From: Macrostomum lignano
Lineage: Eukaryota
DNA: 64,000 bases
Assembly: GCA_002269645.1 (NCBI GenBank)
Contig: NIVC01001481.1
Span: forward strand, 124,001-188,000
Direction of reading: 5' to 3'
The first letter of the stretch is position 1. The number at the start of each line of letters is the position of its first letter. The notes beneath the pieces were generated by a model. That model saw nothing but the letters and a program-made list of their open reading frames with translations. It did not search any database and was not told where the DNA came from. The position numbers and the translations under genes are program-made. Below are positions 35,291 through 48,008 of the stretch, piece by piece.

Positions 35291-37614
35291 TACAATGTAC
35301 TCGTAAAAAGGTACGCATTTTTCCTAGCTGTATGGATATGTACATGTACAAGACTTCAAGAAGTTGAGCGGCTTGAGCGGGCAAGAAAGAACGCAATCTT
35401 GAGCGGCTTCTGATGCACACAACTATAAGCCAGTCTGTACCGTATTATAGCCAGGACAGTTTTCAGCCATATGCCTCCACCCAGTCCTGAGTGCAAAGCA
35501 TGCATAAATAAACATGCGTGGGAAGCGTTGACAACTTTTCACTGTCCACTCCCGCAGCCCTTCATCCCCTGTGTCCGACCTCGCCGAAGCAGAGCGGAGT
35601 GCTGACTGTCGAGCTCCGCCTAACCCTCCCCCACCAACCCCGCTTCGGCGGCCCCCGCGGAGCATGCAGCATCAGCATTTCATTCAATTGGATTTTTCCG
35701 CACGGATGCTTTGCACTAGTCAAGCTTGAAGCCGCCGCCGCCGCCGCCGCCGCGCCCCTTTAGCTCTGTTTTACCATCCTAACCCTCACATTTCACCCCC
35801 TCCATCATTCCCCCTCAGGCAGCCCTAGAGCCGGCCCGTGCAGCAGCTACAAAATTCTAAATTCCAGTCCCGCAAGCAGTCCAGCCCAGCAGCCTGCAGC
35901 CACTCGTCGTTCCCCTTTTTTATAAAAAAATTCTTTCGTGCGCCGAACGCCGTCCTGCACTGAATCGAATCTGCGTCGCTCCATTTCGCAGCCACTCAGC
36001 TACCAGAGTGTGACGGCTGCCCAATGGCTATCCATACTAAGCATGTGGCCAAATATATTTGAAATACGCTTCCCAATGCTGCACTAACAGCCTCTAGCAG
36101 CTCGTCTCTTTCTCTCTCTCGTTCACTGTCTCTGTCTCACTCACTCTCACTCTCCATGGCGCTTTCCTGCTGCGCTCCTCTACTCACAGATTTTAACGCG
36201 TCTCGTTGCCCTTAGGGCCCCCGAAAACTCTCTCATGCCTCCTTCCCTATTCTCGTTCAGCCCCACCGCCATGGAAGAGTCTCGATTTCCCCCTCTCTCT
36301 TTCTCTTTGCTGTCTCAGACATTCCGTCTTCCCTGCCAAGTTAAATAAGCAGACTTGGTCGCTGATTACTTATAGCCCCCCTCCCCGCACCCCAACCCCT
36401 ACAGCAGCTAGCGGAGCACGCATTGGGCCGTGGAAGTGAGAGAGAAATGAAAATGAAGGAGACGGGATAAAGCCTTGGGAGAACGGCACTGGCATTGCAT
36501 TCCCATGCATAATCCCCCCTCGCTATAGCCTCATTCCGCTGCCCTCTAAAGCTGATCCTTCAGTGCAGCTACCGCCTAAATCCTACCCCCCCCCCTAACT
36601 GCGGCTCTCCCTCTCTCCCTCATCCGCTGCCTCCCTCCTGTCTCTACTCGCCTCCTCGTCAAAGACCCAACCATAGCCGCAGAGAGCGAGAGGCAGCCAG
36701 ACAGTGCGCTGTAACTCCCGCATAAAGTCCGCGCTCCAACCTCCGCCCCGTGGGCTGCCTGTCTTGAGCCATGCCGTGAGGACTGCACGGGCTCAAACCA
36801 GAGCTTGTGTTGTGTGTGCGCGCGTGTGTGAGAGAGAGCTGAATTCTCAAACCCTTTCAGACGCTTTCCCTTCCTCATTCCCTGGACTCTCCCTTTCCTG
36901 AATGCTTGTATCCGTCTAAACTCACTCCTCCCCTCCCTCTCTATCATTTCATTTCCCTTCTTCCATTTTGCTCGCCCAATCCTTCGCTCGGTCGCCAGTT
37001 GGACAAGAAGCAAAAAAGCGACGCTGCCCTCCTCCTCTTCCTCCACGCCATCCCCCAGCTCCCCTTTCGTCTTCCCCTCCTTTTCAAGCAGTTTCCTGCC
37101 GAGGCCAGCGCGGTCAGACAGACAGACAGACGCAGTCACACTCACATGCATATAGGCAATAGAATTCGCCCACCTCATCCTACTCTCTCTCCGATTAGCC
37201 CGCTTAGACATTCACCGCTGCACCTTCATCCCTCGCCTCCCCTCTTGCCTCCATCCCGCCTAGCAGTTCCCACTTTCCTTCACCTTTGGGACTTTCGAAA
37301 TCGCTCCTATGCAACCTCCTGCAGTCGCCCAGTCCCGCATTTTTGTCCGTTGCTGCTTTTGTCCCTTGGAGAATAATTCGCTCGCTTTTTGCCGTGTCTC
37401 CCACGAGTAAAAAAAACTACGGAACTTTCTCCTCTCTCTACAGAAGGTGATTGGTAGTGGCAGAAAAAATAAGAGATCAGTTATAACATCCTTGATCGTA
37501 AGTGGAACAATTGACTTGCATTCTATTGCCGATGTGCCAGCACTAGCGATTCCCCCCAGCAAAACAGTTTTGTCAATTTGTTACCCAACATAAGCCATAA
37601 CGCATCCTCCACGA

Positions 37615-37835
37615 TTTAACGCGTCCACACAGTCTTTCTTCGAGTTTGCTCCTATTCGTTTTGCATCCTGCGGGTCTCAAGCGGATAGATCTCCCTGACT
37701 GTCCCAGCCCTCTAAGGCCAGAGATCCCATCGCCGCGATATGGTAAGATCTACGAGCGTATGAGCGAGAAAAGCGAGCGTCTTTTCAAAGCCCGGATGGA
37801 TTTGGAATCCGAGGAATTGGTAGGACAAGAGTCGG
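37615..37835 (+). repeat. Diverged direct repeat, copy 2 (partner at about 35055-35290)
   Basis: Same conserved blocks in the same order, separated by small indels. Confidence 0.85.
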
Positions 37836-38437
37836 GGGAGAAGAGGTCGAATGCAAATTTTTTCCTTCTTGATTCCCAGTCGGGCGCCCCCGCGGCCCCT
37901 CTCAGTCGTCTCCTTCTATTCCATAATTTCCCGACGCGGTCCCGACAAGCCGCATGGGAGGAGGGATCTAAGGCCTTCCGGCGCGATAGCAGTTCGTTCG
38001 TTGCCAATAAACGAGCCTGAAATCAGTATTGGTATAACGCACACAGGCCCGAGTGCCGCACTGCATAAGACTGGACGCCCAAATGCACAAAAAACCTCTC
38101 TGGTACTGAAGACCTTTGGCCGACTGCCAGAGGGTGCCCATCCTGCGAAGTGACTCTCTCTCTTTCTCTCTCTCCCCAACCTCCCGCTTCCACTCTTCTC
38201 TTTCTTATTGGCTGGACAAGTGCGAGGAGAGAGGGAAAGGGATTATGAGGCTAGGATATAGAGGAATACGCAGCCACTGTCCGTTTCTATCGCAGGAGGC
38301 CCGAGGCGCTGGTAGCAGATCCGTTATTCACTTGTCCGCTTTGTCCCCACCTCTCCTTGTTCAGCGCAGTCGCCGAGCCCCTTCCGCGATCGCGAAACGC
38401 CTATCCATAGCCAGGAAGATTCTTTTGGCTCGGGCAA

Positions 38438-39916
38438 ATGATTGCCGAGGAGCACAGAACACAGGAGACTTCGGTCGGGTCGTTGCTTAGCAACATCAAC
38501 AGCGACGGCGACGGCGTCGGAGTCCCGGCTGATCCCGGTGAAGTCGGTTTAGCGGATGCGCCACCGAATGGCGCCGCGGCGTGCTTCAGCGCCACAGAGG
38601 AGGAGGACGCAACCGACGCTACGGATGCGGCCGCCGCCGCAGCAGTCGAGGAGGCGGTGGCGATCGCCGAAGCTGCCGCTGCGGCGGCGGCGGAAGAGGC
38701 AGAAGCCGCCGCCAAGGCCGCTGAAGCAGCTGAGGCTGCATCAAGCTCGGATCCGCCTAATATGAAGCGGCGACACGCCATCTACGAGATCATCGACTCG
38801 GAGGAGAGCTACGTTAACAAGCTGCGCTTTATAGCTGAAAAGTACATTCCACTGAAAGACGACCCGGATGTTACTCTGCCGCCGGACCTCGAGGAGAAGT
38901 GGAGCATCATCTGGGGCAACTGGTGGCGCCTGTTGGAAGGCCACGAGGAGATCCTAGCCAAGCTGAAGCAGGCCTTCGAGATCGATCTGGACACTGTGGC
39001 AAACGTGTTTATAGCCAAGGAGCGTCACATGACCAGCTGGTACTCGAAGTACTGCGAGAATCACCGCAAAGCGCAGCATATCGCCTGCGACCAGTACCGG
39101 GACTTCTTTGAGCAAGTGCGTCAAACTCTACGTGACAAAGAGGACATGAACTCGCACCTGATGAACCCAGTGCAGCGCTGCATGCGGTACAGCCTGCTGG
39201 TGGGTACAGTGATTGAAAAGGCTCGCAAAGACGGACTCCAGGGACCCGGCATGGCCGGCTGGGAGCGCATGCTGGAGATCATGCGCGAGCTGCCAATGAA
39301 GACCGAAAGCATTATGGAGGCCTCCAGGATCGACAACCTGGAGACTGGCATCCGGGTGACCTCCTTAGGACAGGTGCGCATCAAAGGCGTCCTTCGTCTC
39401 AGTGTGATCAACGGACCCTACGATCCGAGCTCGAATCCTGCCCCGTCCCAGTTGAAATTTGAGCAGAGAAAAATTTTCCTATTCGATCAGATGATGCTCG
39501 TGACAGAGGTGAAACGCTCCGGCAAGGTGAAAGCTGGCGACCAGTTCAGCAGCATGCAGACAATCTACATCTACCGCAGCAAGGTGAAGATGAACAACAT
39601 GCGCTATTTCTCCTCGTACAAGTATTCAGCGGCCACAAGCAGCAACCCGGCCGACGAGGAAGACGAGCTACTATTCTGCGTGGTCGACACCACACCCGGA
39701 GCCAACGTTGTGTACGTTTTTGACCCCGTTGACACGACCACCAGGACACAGTGGGTGGTGGAGCTGCGCCAGATGGAGAAACAGCAGATGGACTTCTTGA
39801 AGATTCTACAGAACCCCGTGGCTGGCGCGTCCGATCATCTTGGGGTGCCGGCCGAGACGACTAAGAAGAGTGCGAAGGACAAGGATAAGGGCCGATCAGA
39901 CAGCAGGAAAAAGTGA
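38438..39916 (+). CDS. Dbl-family RhoGEF (DH-PH tandem, Trio/Kalirin/Dbs-like), 492 aa, intronless, with an Ala/Glu-rich N-terminus
   Basis: DH motifs KRRHAIYEIIDSEESYVNKL, IIWGN, YSKYCEN, PVQRCMRYSLL; PH motif RKIFLFDQMMLV..W. The exact start codon is uncertain. Confidence 0.9.
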   Translation: MIAEEHRTQETSVGSLLSNINSDGDGVGVPADPGEVGLADAPPNGAAACFSATEEEDATDATDAAAAAAVEEAVAIAEAAAAAAAEEAEAAAKAAEAAEAASSSDPPNMKRRHAIYEIIDSEESYVNKLRFIAEKYIPLKDDPDVTLPPDLEEKWSIIWGNWWRLLEGHEEILAKLKQAFEIDLDTVANVFIAKERHMTSWYSKYCENHRKAQHIACDQYRDFFEQVRQTLRDKEDMNSHLMNPVQRCMRYSLLVGTVIEKARKDGLQGPGMAGWERMLEIMRELPMKTESIMEASRIDNLETGIRVTSLGQVRIKGVLRLSVINGPYDPSSNPAPSQLKFEQRKIFLFDQMMLVTEVKRSGKVKAGDQFSSMQTIYIYRSKVKMNNMRYFSSYKYSAATSSNPADEEDELLFCVVDTTPGANVVYVFDPVDTTTRTQWVVELRQMEKQQMDFLKILQNPVAGASDHLGVPAETTKKSAKDKDKGRSDSRKK

Positions 39917-40082
39917 GTTGGATGGATGATTGCACGTGAGATCTGCGTTTCAATGCAAGTGACACGTGCCGCTCGCATTAGGAGGACGTTATTTTATATT
40001 TTTAAGTCTAGTTTGCCAAAACTGCTGTCTATTTTGATCGCGATAAAGTGTCACTTTACTTTCTTCAACGCCTGCCAGTTCA

Positions 40083-40114
<32 letters not shown>

Positions 40115-42217
40115 GGCACCAGCTTGAGTCATAGGCAAAAGCATTAAAAACTCCATTGAATTGTGCTAAAACTACATTTTACTTCTGTAGTGCACCTAAA
40201 CAAAAAATTATGTTAAAATGCATTTAAAAAAGGTGATAGGAGTTTTACCACCCAAGGTTGCATTTTGATTATGTGATTATGTCAATGACGGCTACAGACC
40301 ACTTGTTCCTTTTAACTGTATTGACCGGTTTCGTTGACGCATCAATCTTCTTGACGGAATCAAGATATAAGCGTGTCATGATTAGCAGCTCGTAGATGGC
40401 AAATCTTCAACGGGTCTTGCTTATCCGGCCCACTTTCCAGCAAGTCTAATTTCCCATTTTCTTGTTCAAATGATAACAATGTAATACTAGCGTGTTTTGT
40501 TACAGAAAAATCGATGGTTCAAACCCATACCTCCTTCACCAGTGCTTCAAATTTTATAGTCTATGGTAAAATCCTAAAAATACCGCAAGGCTCCGCCTCG
40601 ACAGCAGACCCCTTGACCCCGCTGTGCAGTGCCATAGACAGAATTGCATTTCTGAAATTTTGTTGGCTCCCCGACGAAACTGCAACCCTTCCTATATATA
40701 GAACGCATTTCTGCACACACAAAAACAAGCAGACGTCTTGCATGCTTTCTAAGCTAGATTTTGTTTAAGCCTGGACCACCAACATCCGAGGCGTGATAAA
40801 TCAATTCTGTGCGGCTAAGGCCCCCCGGTTGTGTAGTGTGGTGGCTGGGAAAGAGGAGGTATAGAGCTGTACCGACCGCATCATGAAGACAGCCCTGGTG
40901 CAGGCGAACTAAATGGTAACTGTGCGATCTGTCAAGCAACTGACACGCATTGCATGCTGTGTTGCAGCGGTGCAAATTTGCGAAAAATTTTAACGCAATT
41001 GATTCATCACTGCTCTGCAATGTCGCTGATTTCCATTGGACGCGTTTAAAAGCAACAGTGTGTAGACTAGCTGATAAAATCACTGGTCAAAGGCTAAGGA
41101 AAACTAAGGAAGGTCCAATTTTTCACAATCTGAAGAGAAAGTCAAGAAGTGACCAAGCCGGTTCTTGAGAGACACTGACTGCTCAGACAGAATGGGTGAG
41201 CAAGTGTACAGGACGCTTCCATCGTCACGGGATCGAGGAGTCCAGATGAGGCCTTGCAGAGCGGAGGGGGCAGCAGTTGCTAATGAGCAGAATGGACTGC
41301 CAGCCGTTAGCAGAGCACTGGATGGATTTCGCTGGCTTTCTGCATAATCCCACGCATGCAGTGGTGTCCGTGTACAAGCGTAAAAGTACATCCGTCAGTC
41401 CAAGCCATTAAACAGCTTATGCATATAGTTTATCTAGCTGAGGCTTGAGTGGGTAAAACTGTTTAGAAATGCAAAAATTGGGTCGCATAGGAAACTGCAG
41501 TAGGCAGCATAATCCTTCTTTCCCAGGGAAAGCCCCAGCATGGTATAAAATATTGGAGCCCAAATTGATATTTGTTCAAACCTAGACCTCCTCTCCTCCC
41601 AGATCCCTGGATCCCCCGCTCAGTCAATCTGAGGGGTAGCAGTCTTCCCTCTCTGTACTCTCTGCCAAGCTTCCTTAATTCCCAATTCTGGTCCACAATC
41701 TCCATCCCTATCTCCATCCCCAAGCCTCTTCTTATTCTCCCTATGCTATTAGTGCTGATTGCTTTTTGACTAGCAGATGGTCCCGCCTGAGACCGTCGGT
41801 TTACAATAAATCTCTAGCTGTCAGAATCCGGACAGATGTCATTAATTCAAATAGTCATTCTTCTTTCTTGTTACTTGCATTGAGGAAATGTTGCTCAGTT
41901 CCATATTTATCTACATGATTATTTAATTGTCGATCTTGCATATCATTGCAATCTGCGTAGATCAAGGATTTTTCGCGAAATCTGCAAATCTTTTTATATG
42001 ATTTTTTATTAAAGAGAGATGGAGTCGCCCTGCTCATGGCTGAAGATGAGTGATGACAGATTAAACGGATTTACGGAATAAGACAGTGCGTGGGTGTGAC
42101 AGGATGGGGTGGGAAGAGGAAGATTCTGATATTAATTAATTTCTGTGCTTTTGAAATGCGTTTGGTTTGATTTGTTACTTTGAAGCAATGGATTAACCGC
42201 CCTTCCCTTTGGTGAAT

Positions 42218-42985
42218 GACCCCTGACAAACTGAATAATTCCCCTTGACGAATGAGCAATACCCCTGACAAACTGAATAATTCCCCTTGACGAATAAGCA
42301 TTACCCCTGACAAACAATAATTCTCATTGACGAATGAGTATTACCCCTGACAAACTGAATAATTCCCCTTGACGAATAAGCATTACCCCTGACAAACTGA
42401 ATAATTCCCCTTGACGAATAAGTATTACCCCTGACAAACTGAATAATTCCCCTTGACGAATAAGCATTACCCTGACAAACTGAATAATTCCCCTTGACGA
42501 ATAAGTGTTACCCCTGACAAACTGAATAATTCCCCTTGACGAATAAGCATTACCCCTGACAAACAATAATTCTCATTGACGAATGAGTATTACCCTGACA
42601 AACGGAATAATTCCCCTTGACTAATAAGCATTACCCTGACAAACTGAATAATTCCCCTTGACTAATAAGCATTACCCCTGACAAACTGAATAATTCCCCT
42701 TGACGAATAAGTATTACCCCTGACAAACTGAATAATTCCTTTTGATGAATAAGTATTACCCTTGAAAAACTGAATAATTCCCCTTGACGAATAAGTATTA
42801 CCCTTGACAAACGCAATAATTCCCATGGACGAATGAGTATTACCCCTGACAAACTGAATAATTCCCCTTGACGAATGAGCATTACCCCTGACAAACTGAA
42901 TAATTCCCCTTGACCAATGAGTAATACCCCTGACAAACTGAATAATTCCCCTTGACCAATGAAATGTCACCCCTGAAAAACTCAG
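42218..42985 (+). repeat. 42-bp minisatellite (acccctgacaaactgaataattccccttgacgaataagcatt), about 18 copies
   Basis: Direct reading; the 14-aa periodic translation in the ORF track confirms the period. Confidence 0.95.
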
Positions 42986-43619
42986 TAATTCAATAATTGA
43001 AATTCTTCAATAATGGAAGCAATTTTATACAAGACAACGAGCAAGCCATCGTTAGTCGCTTCAGGGGAGAAGGGAGAGGGGAGGCCAAATGATAAAAAGC
43101 CAGATCCCATCGCCTGGAGGTTTCGCTGCACATTCTCTCATCTCTCCCTCTTGCCGCCGCCATTCACATTATAACAGCTTGCTTGCCCAGGCTTTGCTGC
43201 TTCTGCTTTGCTGCTTCTGCTCTTCCATCCCAGCAATCCGCCTGTCTGACTGCGCACTCTTCCCGACTTGGTACCCCCCACTCCGACTGCCCGTCCCTCG
43301 CGTTTCCGATCTCCCTCTCTCATTTCTCCCATGCCAATCCCGGGCGCCAATATTTGTACTTCTTCTTCTGCAACCGAGCGCCTAACGCGCAATCCTACTT
43401 CTAAAAGAAGAAAAGCGAACCGTTGGCCCCTCTGTTCTTGGTCCGGTTTAGCATCGACCTGCGCAAAGTATTGTGTTGCTGGTGGTCGGGCAGGGACAAA
43501 ACATGCAATATTTTAGGGATTTTTTCCTCTGCTTGGAGGCCGCATCCCACTAGGTTCGCGGCCTCTGCCTAACAAAATGGAAACCAAGGAATGCCAGGTC
43601 CCTGTGTCTGTACTTCTCC

Positions 43620-43920
43620 CTTCCACTCTTGCCAGTCTGTTCTCTCTGCATTTTCTCTCCGTATCTTCCTCTCTCCCTCTCTACCCCTCTCCCCCTCTCC
43701 CTCTCTGCCTCTCTCACCCTCTCCCGCTCTCCCTCTCTCCCTCTCTCACCCTCTCTCTCTCTCCCTCTCGCTCTCTACTTTTCTCTCTCTCCATCTCTGT
43801 CTCTCTCCCTCTCTACCTCTCTACTTCTCTCCCTCTCTACTTCTCTCCCTCTCTTCCTCTCTCCCTCTATCCATATTCCTCTCAAATTTTCTCCTCCTCT
43901 CTCCCCCTCTCTCCCTCTCA
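43620..43920 (+). repeat. CT-rich polypyrimidine low-complexity tract (a similar tract lies at about 46650-46835)
   Basis: Almost purely C/T on the + strand. Confidence 0.85.
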
Positions 43921-43980
43921 ATTTTCAAATAATTGCAAACCACTGAAATAATCCAAGCCTCAAAAAATTCCCATTGTCAG

Positions 43981-44158
43981 AGGCAAGCTCAGCTTTGTCA
44001 CTGGGAAGTCGCGAAAGTCCCGAGCGGAGACGGAGGCGCTGCCCCGGCCGCAGTCCTCCAGAGAGCGCAAGAACTCTTGCCCGGACGCCGAGGCAGCGGC
44101 AGCGGCAGCAGCTGCAGCGGGAGGAACGGGAGACGATGCACTGGACCGGTCAAATAAG
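43981..44158 (+). CDS. Putative internal exon of an uncharacterised gene (GKLSFVTGKSRK..EAAAAAAAAAGGTGDDALDRSNK)
   Basis: Acceptor ttgtcag at 43980 after a pyrimidine tract; donor AAG|gttagc at 44159; GC3-rich open frame with poly-Ala; phase-compatible with 46366-46542. Confidence 0.5.
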
Positions 44159-44189
44159 GTTAGCGGCGCTGTAACTGTATAGTCTATGG

Positions 44190-45722
44190 CCTAAGCCAGC
44201 TATGACCGTAGCCTACTATGATCCTAAGCCAGCTATGACCGTAGCCTACTATGATCCTAAGTCAGCTATGACCGTAGCCTACTATGATCCTAAGCCAGCT
44301 ATGACCGTAGCCTACTATGATCCTAAGCCAGCTATGACCGTAGCCTACTATGATCCTAAGCCAGCTATGACCGTAGCCTACTATAACCCTAAGCCAGCTA
44401 TGACCGTAGCCTACTAACCCTAAGCCAGCTATGACCGTAGCCTACTAACCCTAAGCCAGCTATGACCGTAGCCTACTATGATCCTAAGTCAGCTATGACC
44501 GTAGCCTACTATGATCCTAAGCCAGCTATGACCGTAGCCTACTATAACCCTAAGCCAGCTATGACCGTAGCCTACTATGATCTTAACACAGCTATGACCT
44601 TAGCCTACTATGATCCTAAGACAGCTATGACCGTAGCCTACTATGATCCTAAGACAGCTATGACTGTAGCCTACTATGATCCTAAGACAGCTATGACTGT
44701 AGCCTACTATGATCCTAAGACAGCTATGACTGTAGCCTACTATGACCCTAAGACAGCTATGACTGTAGCCTACTATGATCCTAAGTCAGCTATGACCGTA
44801 GCCTACTATGATCCTAAGCCAGCTATGACCGTAGCCTACTATAACCCTAAGCCAGCTATGACTGTAGCCTACTATGATCCTAAGCCAGCTATGACCGTAG
44901 CCAACTATGATCCTAAGCCAGCTATGACCGTAGCCTACTATGATCCTAAGCCAGCTATGACCGTAGCCTACTAACCCTAAGCCAGCTATGACCGTAGCCT
45001 ACTAACCCTAAGCCAGCTATGACCGTAGCCTACTATGATCCTAAGTCAGCTATGACCGTAGCCTACTATGATCCTAAGCCAGCTATGACCGTAGCCTACT
45101 ATAACCCTAAGCCAGCTATGACCGTAGCCTACTATGATCCTAACACAGCTATGACCTTAGCCTACTATGATCTTAACACAGCTATGACCTTAGCCTACTA
45201 TGATCCTAAGACAGCTATGACCGTAGCCTACTATGATCCTAAGACAGCTATGACTGTAGCCTACTATGATCCTAAGACAGCTATGACTGTAGCCTACTAT
45301 GATCCTAAGACAGCTATGACTGTAGCCTACTATGACCCTAAGACAGCTATGACTGTAGCCTACTATGATCCTAAGCCAGCTATGACCGTAGCCTACTATG
45401 ATCCTAACACAGCTATGACCTTAGCCTACTATGATCTTAACACAGCTATGACCTTAGCCTACTATGATCCTAAGACAGCTATGACCGTAGCCTACTATGA
45501 TCCTAAGACAGCTATGACCGTAGCCTACTATGATCCTAAGACAGCTATGACTGTAGCCTACTATGATCCTAAGACAGCTATGACTGTAGCCTACTATGAC
45601 CCTAAGACAGCTATGAATGTAGCCTACTATGATCCTAAGACAGCTATGACTGTAGCCTACTATGACCCTAAGCCAGCTATGACCGTAGCCTACTATGATC
45701 CTAAGAATGACTGTAGCCTACT
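44190..45722 (+). repeat. 33-bp minisatellite (cctaagccagctatgaccgtagcctactatgat), about 46 copies with higher-order structure
   Basis: 11-aa periodic translation (MTVAYYDPKPA); variant units recur in blocks. Confidence 0.96.
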
Positions 45723-46106
45723 ATGGCAGTGCTACTTTCGGTATTCAAATTTACATTATTCAGAAAGACAGCAAAACAGCTGTCAATAAGAAATCAGAGA
45801 AAACCTCCCATTCATTATTTTTCCTCCTACTGGCACTTGTTCGCATCCCTAATCTATAAAAAACCTTTGCTTGGCATCTTCTTTCAGCGTCTCTGCTCAG
45901 TCAGTCTCAATCTCTTCTTCTTCACAGCAATTCGAACAACGCTGTTAATATCGATCTGTTGCTCAGGACTTGACTGTGCCAGTCGCTTTCACCAAATGAG
46001 GGGAATAGGAGCCTGAAAGACAGATCAGAAATCAAGAAATAGGAGCTGAAAGCTGAATGGAAAGGAGTTGGGAAGGAAACACCGTATAAGAAGACAGCCT
46101 ACTTAA

Positions 46107-46310
46107 AGGTAGGCAGGTAGACAGTGAGGTGGAGTCTCATAGGTAGGCAGGTAGACAGTGAGGTGGAGTCTCACAGGTAGGCAGGTAGACAGTGAGGTGG
46201 AGTCTCACAGGTAGGCAGGTAGACAGTGAGGTGGAGTCTCATAGGTAGGCAGGTAGACAGTGAGGTGGAGTCTCACAGGTAGGCAGGTAGACAGTGAGGT
46301 GGAGTCTCAC
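46107..46310 (+). repeat. 34-bp tandem repeat x6 (aggtaggcaggtagacagtgaggtggagtctca[c/t])
   Basis: Units start at 46107, 46141, 46175, 46209, 46243 and 46277. Confidence 0.96.
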
Positions 46311-46365
46311 ATGTGCAGGGCACACTGCAAGGTCACTGAGGTTCGCACACCGCCGCCACCCGCAG

Positions 46366-46542
46366 GAGCTGAAGAAAGTGCACTCAGAGATGGCCTCCAG
46401 CTGCAATTATGATCAAGAAAGCGGCGCAGGCGGTGGCGTCGGCATCACTAAGAAGAAGTCCGGCCTGAACTTCAGCCTGCAGAGCATATTCAGCACGAAG
46501 AAGAGCAAGAGCCGGTCAGACTCGAAACTCAATCCCACCTGA
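46366..46542 (+). CDS. Putative terminal exon of the same uncharacterised gene (ELKKVHSEMASS..LNFSLQSIFSTKKSKSRSDSKLNPT*)
   Basis: Acceptor cccgcag at 46365; phase 0; coding-like codon usage up to TGA. Confidence 0.5.
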   Translation, partial: ELKKVHSEMASSCNYDQESGAGGGVGITKKKSGLNFSLQSIFSTKKSKSRSDSKLNPT

Positions 46543-47068
46543 TCGGTGCAGCGCCAACTCCCCTTATCTCCCCCGACCGGCGGCCTCTTCGCTGGCTTCC
46601 TGTCTCGTCTCCTTTTTGTCTCCTTGTTAGGCTTTTCTCACAGGTAGTGATCTTTCTCTCTTTCCCTCTCTCTCCCTCTCTCACTCTCCTCTCTCTTTCT
46701 CTCTCTCGCTCTCTCTCCCTCTCTCTCTCTCCCTCTCTCCCTCTCTCCTCCCTCTCCCCATCTCACTCTCTCCCCCTCTCCCTCTCTCACTCTCCTTCTC
46801 TCTCTCCCTCCCTCTCCTCCTCTCCTTCTCTCTGACCTTTACCTGTCTCACTGGCTTAAACTTCGACTTGCTGCTTGCTGCTGCTTCTATGCGTATGTTC
46901 TCATCATAGCTTGTATGTTAAGTCTGCTTTAGGGTCCCTTTTCAAATTCTAGATTTCGTTTGGGAGCTGTACAGCATTTTGATCATTTGGGAGTTGAATT
47001 TTGAGGCCAAAATGATGACAAGGTTACTAAAAGTTCAAGTATTCAAAAGGTAAGAATGGAGCTCAAAT

Positions 47069-48008
47069 GAGGGGAGATTCTACTGAGGTAAGATTCTACT
47101 GAGGGGGGATTCTACTGAGGGGGATTCTACTGAGGGGGGATTCTACTGAGGGGGATTCTACTGAGGGGAGATTCTACTGAGGGGAGATTCTACTGAGGGA
47201 AGATTCTACTGAGGGGAGATTCTACTGGGGGGAGATTCTACTAAGGGAAGATTCTACTAAGAGGAGATTCTACTGAGGGGATTCTACTGAGGGGAGATTC
47301 TACTGAGGGGAGATTCTACTGAGGGAAGATTCTACTGAGGGGAGATTCTACTGAGGGGAGATTCTACTGAGGGAAGATTCTACTGAGGGAAGATTCTACT
47401 CTTAGAATCTTAGAGGGGAGATTAGAGGGGAGATCTCTCTTAGAGGGGAGATTCTACTGAGGGAAGATTCTACTGAGGGAAGATTCTACTGAGGGAAGAT
47501 TCTACTGAGGGAAGATTCTACTAAGAGGAGATTCTACTGAGGGGATTCTACTGAGGGGAGATTCTACTGAGGGGAGATTCTACTGGGGGGAGATTCTACT
47601 GAGGGAAGATTCTACTGAGGGGAGATTCTACTGAGGGGGGATTCTACTGAGGGAAGATTCTACTAAGAGGAGATTCTACTGAGGGGATTCTACTGAGGGG
47701 AGATTCTACTGAGGGGAGATTCTACTGAGGGGGGATTCTACTGAGGGAAGATTCTACTAAGAGGAGATTCTACTGAGGGGATTCTACTGAGGGGAGATTC
47801 TACTGAGGGGAGATTCTACTGAGGGAAGATTCTACTGAGGGGAGATTCTACTGGGGGAGATTCTACTGAGGGAAGATTCTACTGAGGGGAGATTCTACTG
47901 GGGGAGATTCTACTGAGGGAAGATTCTACTGAGGGGAGATTCTACTGGGGGAGATTCTACTGAGGGAAGATTCTACTGAGGGGAGATTCTACTGGGGGAG
48001 ATTCTACT
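47069..48008 (+). repeat. 16-bp minisatellite (gaggggagattctact), about 58 copies
   Basis: Direct reading, with G-run length variants. Confidence 0.96.

Noticed and set aside
34797-35420. 207-aa minus-strand ORF
   Set aside because: It has no recognisable motif, and the paralogous repeat copy at 37615-37835 does not preserve the frame.
36576-37562. Several ORFs of 100-211 aa on both strands
   Set aside because: They come from CT/GA low-complexity sequence with no domain motifs or codon bias.
44202-45789. Long ORFs (MTVAYYDPKPA)n
   Set aside because: They are a by-product of a 33-bp unit lacking stops in one frame, and shortened units break the frame.
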